A stretch of DNA of 64,000 bases. It comes from Vitrella brassicaformis CCMP3155. Taxonomy: Eukaryota; Protista; Chromerida. A program made the translations under genes and the position numbers. The stretch is from NCBI GenBank assembly GCA_001179505.1, contig CDMY01000497.1, positions 955 through 64,954 of the forward strand. The letters are read 5' to 3'. The notes beneath the pieces were generated by a model. The model did not search any database. It worked only from the letters and a program-made list of their open reading frames with translations, and was not told the DNA's origin. This document shows positions 1 to 12,864 of this stretch, piece after piece. Numbering within the stretch: the stretch's first letter is position 1; each line of letters starts with the position of its first letter.

Positions 1-428
1 GGGCCAGCTTTGAGCAGATTCTGCCGCTCAGGCAGCTCACACCTCTTAACCTCATTCTCTGCTGGTGGTGAGCACTTGAGCCAGTTTCTCATCGATTCAA
101 TCCTGCCGCGATCCATCTGCGAGCTAAGCTCGGGAGGGAAGGAGATGTCCGCGAATTTGGTGGCAAAGATGGCGTCAGCCATCTGTTGGCGTCACCCTTG
201 TGAGATTCTCGTGCAGTACTGCTCGCAAGAGCCCATTCTCCTGCAAGCATTTGCCGAGTCGCACATCCGAGCGGTCTATGCGGTGCTCCAGGAGGCGTAC
301 CCGCAACTACCGCCCCGTACGCACAATAACAACACCCATCCCTCCGCTGGAGGTGGCCCTGATGTGCTGCTTGCCTTCCGCTTGTGTGTCGGTGTGTATC
401 TGCAGAGTCTGATGCAACGGTCCTACAG

Positions 429-2525
429 ATGGCGCAGTCCATCAGCCAGTACTTCCGCTCTCAGCCACTGATGGCCGGCTCCCACCTGCCACAGCCCTCC
501 CCATCGCCACCTGCCCCTCTCCCGCAACACCCACGCCCCTCGCAGTCGCCAGAGGGCCATCACGGCAGGCCAATGCCGTCCGGCCACCACCCACCAGACA
601 TGACATCCGAGCAGCAGGACCTGGATCGTCTGAGCGACGAGTACTATCGTCAGCTGCTGGCCGGTGGCGAGTTCCCGAGGCGGCAGCAGCCCTTCGAAGA
701 GCCGGTGCAGCACATGCAGATCTTCAAGGTCACCCTGCCGCGGCCTGAGGAAGTGCCCCAGGCCGCCCAGCACTTTCGTGTGTGTACGGTCCGCTGGTGG
801 GTGGACGGGGCGCTGCTGAGCTATGTGAAGGGGAGCGGCCAGCAGAACAATCGTCCCTTTGACTTTTGTGTGCGGCTGGTGAACCAGCACGGCATCGACA
901 TCCGATGGCTACAGAGCAAGTGGTACCTCCAGCCGAGCGGCAAAGAGGGCGAAATGGCCAGTAAGCGAACGAATGAATGCGTGTGGGAAGACAGAGGGAC
1001 CGAAGGAAACGGAATAGCACATTGACTGACACCGCCGGCAGGGTGACTGTGTCTGTCTGTCTGTCTGTCTGTTTGCATGGCCCATGTGCGTGCAGGTGGT
1101 GCCTTCCGGGACCGTGCACGTTGGTGCAAGGATGAGCACAGGCAGCTGTGCTCCTATGGCGAGTCGATACCCATCACCGACTGCCTGCACGGCGACGGTA
1201 TGTCACTCCGTCTGTCAGAGTCACCCACTTGGTCTGTGTAAGCGACACGCCTTCAAATTGCCTGTTGTTAAGTGCAGCGTTGAACGAGTTCACTCTCGTT
1301 GCGTCCAAGCAGTGCCTGGCATTCAAGACCACCTACCTGCCACAAGAGACCGGCAAGGTCACACGGAAACCACACCTGCCGTCCGCATGTATTCTTCTTC
1401 TCTGTCTGGCTGTCTGTCTGTCTGTTTCCGTGGGCGTGGTGTGTGCAGGTCGACGATTCCCGTGAGGCGTTCCTGGTGCTGCAGCTGGTGAGGTATCGGC
1501 ATCTGCGGGAGCTCGAGGAGGTGCTGAGCTCGCGCATCGAGCGCAGGCCCTTCGGCAACCGCAATGGTGTGGAGGAGGCCGACGGGGCGGGGCGTGTGGT
1601 GGTGTCACTCAAGGACGTCTTCTCGAGGACGGACCGAATCAAGATACCCGCAAAGGCGAGCCAACCATACAGTGGATGGATGGATGGCTGGCTGGCTGTG
1701 TATTCCATGCGTCGCGTGTGTGCATTGCAGGGGCGGCGTTGTCGTCACGAGCAGTGCTATGAGCTGTCGTGTTTCCTCTATCCCAGGGTAAGGCGTGAAT
1801 GACAGACAGACGTGGGCCGGCACTCTGATATGTCTGTCTTACTGCCTGGTCGGTCCCACACAGCGGCGGGCGTACATATGGCACTGTCCCATCTGCAAAT
1901 CCCCACTCCCCTTCTCAGACCGTGAGTGAGCCGGATGGGCTAACGCCAGCCACTGCTGGTTGCTCCATGGGTAGGTACCTTTGGGATTGTGTGTGTCTGT
2001 GCTGATGGACAAATGAATGCAGTTATGGTCGACGAGGCGATGCATGACGTCCTCCTGCAGACCAGCCAAGACACAGAGGAGGTACATACCAGCCACAAAC
2101 ATGACCGTCCCCTCGATGTCTGCCCCCTCTCTGTCTGTCGTGTGTCCAGATATGCGTCAATCCCGATGGCAGCTGGGAGGCCGTCAGAGCTCAGCCCACC
2201 ACCAGTGGACGCCCCCAGTCCGTCAGCGGCGACGGGGGCACGCCAACCGCGGACCAACAGACGGTATCAGCTGCTGATGACATCAATACCGACGCGGGGC
2301 GGCCTCACAAGAGACAGCGGGCTGACCGCCATATGACCATCGCTGTGCCGGACGGACCCACCGACGACGCTCTATTCGGTAGGCGGCGGGCGGGCGGGCA
2401 AGCCACCCAAACATGGCCAAACACGCAGTGGCAATTTTCTATATGTGGTGCGTTTGTGTCGGTGTCTGCTGGCAGCTCCCCCGCCCCCTCGCACCGTTGT
2501 CAAGATGGAAGACACCGGAGACTGA
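429..2525 (+). CDS. PIAS/SIZ-like SUMO E3 ligase with SP-RING (zf-MIZ) domain, ~9 exons; 5' end may extend upstream
   Basis: Hand splicing gives an open frame: ...VSLKDVFSRTDRIKIPAK|GRRCRHEQCYELSCFLYPR|RRAYIWHCPICKSPLPFSD|LMVDEAMHDVLLQTSQDTEE|ICVNPDGSW.... This matches the SP-RING pattern (SLxC..RIxxPxxGxxCxHxQCF...WxCPxC) and the downstream DGSW motif of PIAS/Siz. Exons ~429-960, 1096-1198, 1276-1357, 1449-1655, 1731-1787, 1864-1921, 2022-2080, 2149-2378, 2476-2525. Confidence 0.8.
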
Positions 2526-3413
2526 CTGACTGACTGAAGCAAGCGACGAGCGAGGACCAGACAGACAGACAGACAGAGAGAGGCGGCCAAAGGGCGTCTC
2601 GTCTTGAGGGCTGGATGAGTATTTGTCTGCCCGTAGACAGACGAATCAATAAGGGAGGGCGGCATCTGTCAGACCCCGGCTCACTTTTGTGTGGGTCTGT
2701 CTGTCTGTCCGTACGTGAGTCGATCGAGTGCACATAGCCTTAATTAATTGTCGTATGTATCTACACCCAGCTGTACGTACGTCTGTCAATCTGTGTGTGA
2801 CTAAACTGTGTAAGCACACCTCTGGCCGTTGTGCTTTTTTTTTCCAGAGGCAAGGAATTGGATGTCTCACATTGAATTGGGATGGAATTAGGAGGCGTGT
2901 CTGTGAGACATCCATCCATCCATCCATTCATCCATCCATCCATGTGTCTGTCTGAGCTGCACTCATGCCTACCCTTTGGCCGCCTCCTGGAGCAGCTTGT
3001 CATGCCACTGCCTCTGAATGGATGGATGGTCGTGTGAGAACGAACTTATCAACTGACTACCACACACTCACACACAAGCCTTCATAAACCCTTCCCTCCC
3101 TCTCTGCGCGTGGACCCCGGTGGACATGAGCCTGTGTGTAAGTGTGTCTGTCTGTCTGCCACGCACTCCTGTACGTACACCAACCGCATTCACGAAATTC
3201 GCAAACCCTGCAGAGCATAATTAGGGCTTAGGGTGCGGGGTTCCAAACCCTGCGAGCTTAGAAGTGCTTGGGGGAAAGGACAGACCGCACAAACACAACG
3301 GAGCGCGGCAGATCAGATCTCCGGAGAGAGGCTCACAGGAAGGCCATACACGCAGTCAGGAGCAGCCAGAAGATCAAAAAGGCTGACATCTCTCTCTCTG
3401 TCTGTGTGCGCAG

Positions 3414-4227
3414 GTCGAGATGGGCGTGTTAGATGCGGCAAGACCCCGAGGCGTGGCACAGCAAATGACAAGTGAGAGCCCATCAACAGTAGACACGCCA
3501 GCCAGGTGGGGCAGGCAGGCAGGCAGACAGGCAGGCAGCCCTCGCTGCAGCCGGCTGTTCCTCTCCGTGCGCATGTATGTTCTCAATCAGCTCGCCGACA
3601 CCCTGTCGGTCTCGGGAGCAGTCGGTGTCGCCCGAGCCGCCGCCCAGCTGCGGAAGATGCTCCAGGCCCTCAAGGTCGACACAAAACAGTAACTGAACCA
3701 TGCTGTGGCGGCTCCGTTGCCCACTGGATGGGACTGTCACTCACTTTTGGGTCTTTTGGGTCAGGTTGGAGCTGGGCATTGCGGCGTTGCGGACCAATTG
3801 CGACAAGACGACAGCATCCCTGCGGCCTCTCGAGCCAGTGGCACGACAAGCTGCTCCAGGAGGCGGCCAAAGGGTACGCACCAATACAACTGACAGACAG
3901 ACAGACAGACAGACAGATGGATGGATGGATGGATGGGCGTATGATCATTGGCCTCCCAGGTTGACAAGGGAGCGTTTGGGTGCCGTCAACGACCCCAAGG
4001 CCGTCCATGAGTTCAAGCGGCAGATCAAGGAGAGGCAACAGCAGCTGCTGGCCCTCTTTGCCGTGGCCAGCATGCTGCATGCCTTGGTCGCCATCAAGTG
4101 GGGGTCCCTCCGGTACTTCGACAAGCCCCCGACGATCGTGTGTTTCCCCTGCAAGCATCCGAGTCTCTGTGCGGCGTGCTACGGAGGGCTTCTGCGCTGT
4201 CATGAGGCGGCCAAGAGAGAGAAGTAG
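3414..4227 (+). pseudogene. Degenerate RING-finger-like gene (only the C-terminal half of the RING is recognisable)
   Basis: The last exon reads ...LRYFDKPPTIVCFPCKHPSLCAACY..., i.e. the PCxH..C..C part of a C3HC4-type RING, lacking the first CxxC and final CPxC. Upstream exon-like pieces contain a stop (TKQ*) and do not join in frame. Confidence 0.35.
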
Positions 4228-5362
4228 CGGCTCGAGAGAGCCCACAGGCGGCTGCCGGACGACGTGCGGCGTGATGCCGTCCTCAGGTACCCCTACTGCA
4301 GGGCGACAGCTGAGTCTCCACATAACGACTTAGATACAGCTGGGGGGGGGATGGCGGGAGTTGTACAGTCCTGGTTGTAAGAAAGGTCGACTGCCTGTCT
4401 GTTCTGACCGTTCTTGCTGCTTGCATAACTGCGTCAGCTGCGCAGGGTAGCGGCCATTAGCCTCCATTCTGGTGTACAGTGTGTTCTGATTGGTGCCGAC
4501 TGCGGCGTGTGTGTGTGTGTGTGATGGACTGACTTGATCAAGAGAATCGACTGCAGGATGCCGAGCGCCCACTTTGACCAACTCGGTCTGTCAGCCACCC
4601 ATGCAGCCAGCCAACATCCAAACGCAGCCAGCCGTTCATTCCATCTCGTGCACCCCTGTCAGTCTGCTCGATCCGGGCATATGATGTCACCCGACATGGC
4701 AAAGGCAGATAGGGATGTTGTCGTGCGTCAGCCTCTGCCACATTAGCAGCACTAGAGTTCAACACGTCAGTCTACACCGTCACGCTGTTCAACTCACTCA
4801 GACATGCAGGCCGCCTCAATGGTCCTTGCCCTCTCCCTCACCGTCACTCAACCACCGGCCCACCGACACACGAGTGTCTCGACGGATGGGCGTATTGCTA
4901 CCGCCGGTGGCTCGGTCGGTCGAGAGAGGGTGGGGGTGAAGGTACGGTAGGACAGCTGGATGAGCCATCGAGACATCGAGAGAGAGGCAAACGCGGCATG
5001 AAGAATGCCGAAGAGAGCCAACAAAAGTGCCCATTCCCTGGCCTGACGCGCTCATTCACACGCCAGCATCAATCAGCCCCCATCCGTCAAGTCTGCACAG
5101 CTACCTGGTCACTCGTCCACAGACACACACACATACTACGTCACACACACACATCGCAGCTATGCTATGCACCACATAAGTGTCGTCAGCTAAGAATGGC
5201 CCCGCTGCCCCTCCGCTGTGAATGATCCACCACACACAAGAGCCGGCCTGACAGACACCACCACCAACACACACGCACACACAGAGAGAAAAAGAGCAGA
5301 CACGAACGTGGTCATATCTGATCACGGAGGTCTTCGCGTGAATGAGTGCCATTTCCCCACCT

Positions 5363-7427
5363 TCAGGCGTTGCGAACTGCAGTCACGACGACGAAGTCTG
5401 GCCTACGGTGCTCGTGTCTGATTGTGAAGCCCTCGATGACATTGTTGGCGCCGTCAGGGAGGGAGGCTTCGATGGAAGCAATGCCATGCTGCTCAGCTGT
5501 CGCGTCGTCGACCTCCAGCCGCACAGACCGCAGGCCCCTGATGCACGAAATCATCGACGAGAGGCTGGTGCGGACGAAGCTGCCGGCATCCTGCACACCA
5601 TCGGGCACTGAAGGGGAGGGAACACACAGACAAGGCAACAATGAGGACGCACCGACACACTTCTCTCAGCGTACGGGTCAGCTCGAAGCTTAGTTCCCTG
5701 ATCGTCGGCAACTCGTTGGCCGCCCCCACCAGCTGGTCGACACCGATGCCCCACACCGACACCGTACCCACCTCTCTCTCCCTCCCCAGCCCCGTCAACA
5801 CGCCCACCTTCTCCTCGGCACCCGACATCCTCGGATCAAAGCCCACCCTCGTCAGCTCCTTGGGCATCTTGTCGGCCAGCAGCCGCCCCGCAGCACCGCC
5901 TAGTCCCAAGTCGCTCCAGACACCCAGCACTGTGGCCTGGGTTGAGAAGGGCTGTAGGAAGGTGATGATGGCGGGGTGGGGCGATGGGGTGTTGCCCGGG
6001 GGGACGAAATCAGGGGCATCCTGGACGACCACCATGGTGGCCTTGTCGAATGAGAGGCTGGAGGCGACGTCGATGGCTGACGGGCTGGGGCTGTCGAGGT
6101 TGTCGGTGAGGTCCTGCTGAGAGAGGATGTACTTGACCTTTGTGGCCCTCTCTGCCAGCTGCTGGATCATGGTCTTGAATGAGGGCGAGGGGTGGTCGGG
6201 GAACTCGCCGTGGTAGAAGATGTCCAAGCCGAAATAGAAGGGGCCGGCGGGGGTGAGTGTCAGTGGGGCGTCCTGTCGGCAGCATGTGGTGACCAGTCGG
6301 TTCACGGCCTGCAGGACGGGAATGCTGGGGCGGTCGATGTAGAAGTGCTCTTCAAAGACCACGTGCAGCTGCTTGAGTGACCGTCGGCAGCCGCGGGCGA
6401 TGAGGACTTCCTGAAGGCGACAACACACACACATACGGGAAGGACATCATGGACCAACCAACCCACAGACGCTGCCTTCCTGTCCTTTGTGTTCACCTGA
6501 AGCCGATCTATGCCCGCTCGATGGTCACCGTCATCGATATTGATAGTGCCGATGCCCTCTAGCTGGGCGAGTGGCCCCTGCTGCCCAACAGGTGCCGCAG
6601 GGATGCGCTCGAACACATCCGCCCACTCCTCACCCTTAAAGCTGCCGTCAACGCACCGCAGGGAGCGGGACGAGCTGATGAGTCGGCCCAATCTGTCAGC
6701 GTCCCAACCCTCCTGCCCCACGACGGCGAATGAGGGCACCAGCCAATGTCGGTCGGCCACCACCTCATGTTGGTGGGTCAGGCCGGCAATGGTGGTGAGT
6801 GCGTCGAGGGTCGGGAGCGGGTCGAGAGGAGCGGGGAGGAGAGGGTCTGTCCTTGCGCGTCTCGCCGTGCCGGTCCGCTGAAGGCCTTCGATGGCGATGG
6901 TCTCCAGCGTCTCGCCGCCCAGGTTGGCTTCACGTCGGCCGGCAATGTGGCCCTCGATGATGGCCACAAAGACGTCGAAACACCAGCTGGGAAAGCCGAG
7001 TGGGTAGCAGAGGACCACACACGTCAGCTGCCTGAGGTATGTCGCCCATTCCTTGACGAGGTCGATGGTGGTCCTCTGCCAGAACGACCGCTCGTCTTCG
7101 TCTGCTGCGCTGACGGTGAGGTGGTGCTGTTTGCGGGCGGTGAGCTGCCACGTCAGGGGCGGCAACTGCAGCTGCATGAGCAGATGGATGGGGAGGAAGG
7201 CGATGACGATGCTAAGGAGACCGGGCTGCACACAGCCACACAGCCCACGGGACGGCAAGAGATGTGAATATCCACCAGAGTACGGATGGCCTCAGTGCGA
7301 GTGGCTGGCTCACAGGTGCATTCCCCCAGAAGCTTCTTTCCCTCTCAGCTCGACGCTGCCGCTCCTCATCGCTCTCACCACCTGCACCACCACCACCAGG
7401 CTGAGCATCAGAGGAAGAGGCTGCCAT
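5363..7427 (-). CDS. Lineage-specific F-box-like/LRR-like hypothetical protein (family B-related), ~4 exons
   Basis: Long coding exons (ORFs 6302..7258, 5493..6434, 5363..5641). The motif HLTVSAADEDERSFW..W...L is shared with the paralogues at 32.0 kb and 43.5 kb (HLTISCEDAEERRLW..W...L). ATG at 7427 (MAASSSDAQ). Confidence 0.6.
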
Positions 7428-7726
7428 AGTGTGATGGGTGAAGCAACCTGCAACCAGCAACACATACACACATACATTCATACGAACGAATCCATCATCA
7501 GCCAACACATTGAATGAGTGACGCCACCTCACCGGCAGCTGATGCGCCCTCTGTGTCGTTCTGGTCGGCCTCGGTTAGCTACGCTCTCCGCCAGTCAGCC
7601 CACCACGTGTGGTCTGGGCGTGTCTATTGGCCTTCCTCCAAGAAAGGCAATGCGAGCTCAAATGCAGAGTTCAATTCGCCGCTCATTTCTCTGTTTTTGC
7701 CTGCCTGTTTCACTGAAGGTGTGTGT

Positions 7727-7813
7727 GGTCTCACTGAGGAGGCAGGGGGGGAAAAAAGAGAAAAAAGAATTTGCCACAGCGGAGAAAAATGGGAATTCGA
7801 TCCTCACTCGATC
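7727..7813. repeat. Purine-rich dispersed element, copy 1 (copy 2 at 63688-63780, with its distal ~32 bp inverted)
   Basis: Forward similarity TGGTCTCA.TG.GGAG..GGG.AAAA..AAGAG..AAA.GAATTTGCCA, followed by AATTCGATCCTCACTCGATC, whose exact reverse complement occurs at 63748-63767. Confidence 0.6.
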
Positions 7814-7956
7814 CCGAGAAGGGGGAGAGATTTGGCAGCCCCGAGTGCTTCAGAGGCCTCAGCGATGAGTCTGGGTGACGTCTGTGCTGCCCAAAATCGT
7901 CTTCCGGCTCTTCTCCTTTTGCGAGCTTTTCGGCGATGTTCAAGGCTGCTCCCCAA

Positions 7957-8055
7957 GAAATCGTTTGCGGTCCAAGGGAAGACGGCCTGCCTGAGATGGA
8001 ATCGCCACACTCATTGCTTGTCCAGATCCAACAATCGGAGATGACGTCGACGTCG
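7957..8055 (+). repeat. 99-bp dispersed repeat, copy 1 (copy 2 at 22405-22503)
   Basis: Direct comparison shows 3 mismatches in 99 nt (GAAATCGTTTGCGGT...GATGACGTCGACGTCG). Confidence 0.9.
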
Positions 8056-9175
8056 CCTCTTGTGCGTTGCCGTCCTTCTGACATCGCCGACTCTTCTGTC
8101 CGCAGACAAAACCGACATGTACGTGGCTGGTCGGGGAACCTAATCGTCCTCGCACTCATCAATTTCTGCTTTTCCATCGCCAGCACCCGGGGCGATTCGC
8201 CGTGGTACTAGCCAGGTGAGCGCGTGGCGCGGGAGGGCAGAGAAAACACACGAGCACAGAAGAGAAAATTCAGCCGACAGGTTCGCCCATCTGGCCTGTG
8301 AATATACTCACCTACACATGTGCTTTCACCTTGCTGTCGACCGCTCTGATTCGGTTCTGTGTTTTGGGATGGTTGCAGGCTTGTTGAGCCGTTCATGCGG
8401 ACCAGACCGTTGATAGCGGCATATGAATCGCCGGCGCCGTGGATGTAGCTCAGGTGGGTGGCGGTCTGACGAACAAGAGAAGCCAGCAGCTGTCGTTCAA
8501 ATGGCGGGTGTGTCATGTTGTGTGTTGTGTTGTGTGTTGTGTGTTTTGTGTTGTGTGTTGTGTTCAGTTGAAGGAGGAGGCGGCGCGTGTGGAGCAGGGT
8601 CTGGACCAGCTGCGGCAGCTCCACTCGAGGGTAAGATGTGATTGATGCCCCTGACAGACCCAACGCCACACTCTCTCTCGCTGTGTTGATGGTTCTTTCC
8701 CTTGATCTCTCGGCGGCTACATCAGGTTGGTGCTCGTCTATCGGAGATCAATCAGCTGGACCCTGCCAATCACCCTGTCGAGGTACACGCACAGTCCGCA
8801 CTAGGCAGCAGGTCACGGCACATGGTTTGGTGCGCTTCGGTGGTCATCCAGGGCATCGTCCAATGAGTCGCTGCTGATGCCTGGAGTCTTATGTCAACGC
8901 CGCCGTTTCCATTGTCAATTCTTTGCTGCAGCCCAACACGTTGCTATTGGAATGAGCAGCAGTTCACCCGTCGCTGACAGGATGCTGACCCGCGCGAAGG
9001 TGAGGAGACGGGGAAACGACCCCACGGGTGGTTGGGGCGCTGTCTCGTCCTTTGTCACCATATGAAGAGCACATCCACGGGACCATTTCATGCCTGCCTG
9101 TAGCCATATCGAGGCTGCCTGCATGACCTCATTGTCGCTTTATTCTCTGTGTGTGTGTGCCGATTATTGGTGCAG

Positions 9176-11831
9176 GCCGCCGCCAAGGAAATGGAGAGAG
9201 GCCCAGGAGGCCTCACTTGCTGCAGCGGCCGCATCCACCGGGGCCATCCGCCTCGATGACCTCCACCCCTTCGGCAGTGGCAAAGACGACGAACGCCTCA
9301 ACAAGGCCGCTCCGAGGCGACACAAAAAGAAGACCTCCGCCCTCAAGAAAGACCAAAGGGATGGGAAGACGGAGGCTGACCACCACAGAAGACCTCCGCC
9401 CTCAAGGAGGGGCCGGGCGAGGGGCAAGGGGAGTCGACAGATGGGGGATGTTCAGATGGCCGATGGGGAGGGCAAGGATGTCGAGATGATGGCTGAGGAA
9501 GAGAACGGCATGCTGTCAACGAAGGCCAAGATGCCTACCCGCCAAGCCGCCGTCCAGCCGCGTCGGCCTGCCAAGGCCGAGGTGGAGGAGGCTGACATCC
9601 ACGAGGCCGCCCTCATCTACCGTGACGAGGACGAGGAGCCCCTTCACAAGAGAAAGAAGAACAAAAAGTCCGTCGCCCGCGCCGCCAGCCGTGATGCGTA
9701 CGGAGACGTGGACATGGACGTCGGGAAGGGGATGGCCACGACGCACAGCCCGGGCGAGCGCAGACGCACTGAGGTGGCCGCCAAGGTACGTCCACCCAGC
9801 CCCCTTCCCACCCACACGCAACACACCTACCTGTGTGTATGTCTGCAGGTGCCTTGGTTTCTGGAGATGAGTGACGACGAGACGGCAGCGGCACTGCAGC
9901 TGGTGGACGAGGGACACGAGAAGGGCGAGAGCCTCACAGTGGCCAAAGTCAGCGGAGCTCTTGTTCTCGGGTACGCCACGCCACGTGTGTGGTGCCAGCA
10001 GTCATGTGAGAAATGTGACATACATGGCTGGATGGGATATCACATCTCGTGTCGTGTCTGCCTATAGATGCGACATAGTGTGTTTGGAGGATCTCGCGTG
10101 GCTCAATGACGAGATCGTCGACATCGTATTCGCCCTCGCCGAGATGTGGCTCAGGGCACAGGCCGCCGAAGGCAAAGGGTACGCTCCCCCCACCCCCACC
10201 CCCACCCCCACCCCCACCTACGCACACACAACACATTACACCCTTCATCCACGCGCTGCTTTGCTGTGTGTGTGTGTGTGTTGCCTCCATCCATGCCATG
10301 GATGGCTTGGCTTGGCCAGTGTTCCGAAGGTGTGGATCCCGAACTCGTTCTTCTGGCAGTTTCTGTCCAACCCCAGAGCGACAGGCTTCAACTACGACTA
10401 CCAGAAGGTCCGCCGCTCGTCGACCAAAAGAAGGTATGTGGGTGTGCTTGCTGAACGTGTGTACGTGTATCTGGGTGTTTCTGTACAAGTGTGGTCAGGC
10501 CGTCACCCTTGTCTGTACGTACCGGACACACATGCTGAAGTCGCAACCTAATTATTACATGCTCGCCTTAAGCCTGACCACATACCGTAGACAGACCTAA
10601 GGCCGCACATTCCATGCTCCCTCCCCTCCACACACGCACCATGCACTCCACTCCCCACTCTGACTGACAGACAGACGGCCAGACGGACAGGCGGACACAC
10701 AGACACACCGCCACACATACTCATCCGCCAGGCACCAACCACCACCGCACCACCTGATTGATCAACACGCAGCATGCATATTCTCTGTTGGGTGTGTGGA
10801 TGTGTTGTTGACACGAATGCAATCGATGTCAGGTCAATGTGTTTGAGTTGGACTACCTGCTGGTGCCCATCAACGAGGGCTACGCCACCACGGGGGCCGG
10901 CTACCAGGGCACTCACTGGGCACTCGGCGTGGTCGACGTCAAGTACTTACCTCACATACACACAGCACACACGAATGCCATCCACTCTGTAGGGCCAAGC
11001 GCATCCGTGTGCTGGACTCGCTGGGTGGCGGGGGCACCAACTGGCGCAAAAAGGAAAACTCCAAGTGAGAAAACGAAAGACGGAGGGAGGGAGGAAGGGA
11101 GGGAGGGAGGGAGAGGCATGACAGACGAACATACAGGTCGCACACCCATGTGTGTGTCTCCATGTGTGTGTCTATGTGTGTGCGCGTAGACCAACTTGCC
11201 GCAGCAGACCAATGGGTATGACTGCGGCGTCTTCGTGTTGCTCTACGGAATCTCAATCATCTGCAACTCGTAGGACTCACAGACTGATACCCACCCAGTC
11301 ACCCACACGCTAATCGACCCACGGCTAATCGACCCACGGCGTGTTGTCTGTCCGTTGGTTGATGTGTGTAGGAGTTTCAGCGACATCGACGCTCACCGGT
11401 GCGCCGCCTACGCGCCCCGCCTGACGGGCGACCACACCACCGACCAGAACAACCTCATCTCTATCGTACGGCAGAAACTGGTGCGTGCGGACGGACGCAC
11501 CCACGGCATGTCACGACAGACACAGTCTTCATGTCTCTGTTTATGTGTGTGTGCAGATAGTGAGCATCAGGGACCAGTCTCTGCCACTCGAGTGGGGCAG
11601 CCAACGGGGACAGCCGCAGGGGCAGAGTGCCAGTGCGCAGCCGATGGACACTGCGGCGAAGGCCACCAGGTCCGACAGAGGCACGCAGACACACACACAC
11701 ACACATCCATCCATCCATGCAATGGTGTCAACTTATTGTGGTGTGTCTCCCCCCCTCCACTTGCGTGCAGCCCGGAACCGTCACCCGGCCTCCGGTCCCG
11801 GACAGCGTGCTACTCGTGCCTCCCAGGATGA
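9176..11831 (+). CDS. Ulp1/SENP-family (peptidase C48) SUMO protease, multi-exon; exact 5' and 3' ends uncertain
   Basis: Exons encode WLNDEIV (10098-), IPNSFFW, LLVPINE..GTHWALGVVD (catalytic His, ~10915), RVLDSL (Asp, ~11012) and PQQTNGYDCGVF (oxyanion Gln and catalytic Cys at 11223), after a K/E-rich disordered N-terminus. Two junctions (after 10433 and 11064) do not join in frame with the nearest AG, so microexons or frameshifts are implied. Confidence 0.75.
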
Positions 11832-12864
11832 TCGGCATCGTCTGTCTTCACCTCCCAATCCACAGTAGCAGCCGGACTTCTTCGCACTCCACACCACCAG
11901 CGGCCCCAGTGGACACGACATGGGGCTGCGGCAGAACTGCAAGAAGCGCGCCTGCAGCCCCCTCCCATCAGCCAGCCCCACAGAGAGCGATCTCCAGCCC
12001 CTTCCCAAGGCCAAGCGCCGCCCGACACCTTATGAGAAGGATGAGGCGCAGCCGTCTTCTGTGCGTCGGGGAGAGGTGCTGTGGGACCCGTTGAACAAGG
12101 CGCGGGAGGGCGAGATCGTCAAGGCAGCAGAGACAGCGGACGACCAGACCGGCCTGACCATGGGGAAGAGGGCGCCTCGCGGCGAGGGGCGACCAGCGTG
12201 TGCTGGGCCGCCGTGCTTCGGATTGGCACTGCCGGGTGGACCTGGCGCGGTGCCCCCTAGCCGCAGAGGATGGTGGTGATGATGACAAGATGGATATCGA
12301 TGAGGGTGCGGGTGCCGCTGGTGGCGATGGTACGCTGGAGAGCCTGGCGGAGTGGCTGGGCAAGGGGTTTGATTGGATGGGATGGTTCATGTGAGTCGTG
12401 GCTGCGTTGTCTGCATGATCGTTGAGAGAGAGACACACGCCAGTTCATGAGTGGATGCATGGTGTCTATCTGATCTGTTGTTTGGCGGGAGATCGATGCA
12501 TTCGTATGTCTGATATATTGTCCTCTCCTGTGTGTGACGGAGTTCGTTCCTTTTCCACTTCTGCCTGCTGTTGTGTCATACACACACACACGTGTGCATG
12601 AACCTGGCGCGAATGACCGTATTTCACTACCCCCAAGCAGCCCAACCCCACCCACCCTATCACACACTCACATACACACACTCTCCCAAACCCCACACTC
12701 GTGCACTGCCAGTCGCCAGTCGGTGTGAAAGGGACACAGCCCAAAAGCACACACACGACTAAAACCGATCAGTCAGTCAGTCAGACAGACAGGCCCTCCC
12801 CACTAGCACACTAGGCAAAGAAAGCCAGCCGTAGAACACACGAGACAGACAAAGGAAGGAGGAT

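Noticed and set aside
10-420. Coding-like ORF at the window start (..WRHPCEILVQYC..)
   Set aside because: May be an upstream exon of the SP-RING gene or another gene, but there is no recognisable domain or verifiable splice path.
3200-3255. TTAGGGCTTAGGG and AAACCCT telomere-like/telo-box motifs
   Set aside because: Only two imperfect units; too short to call an interstitial telomere or a regulatory site.
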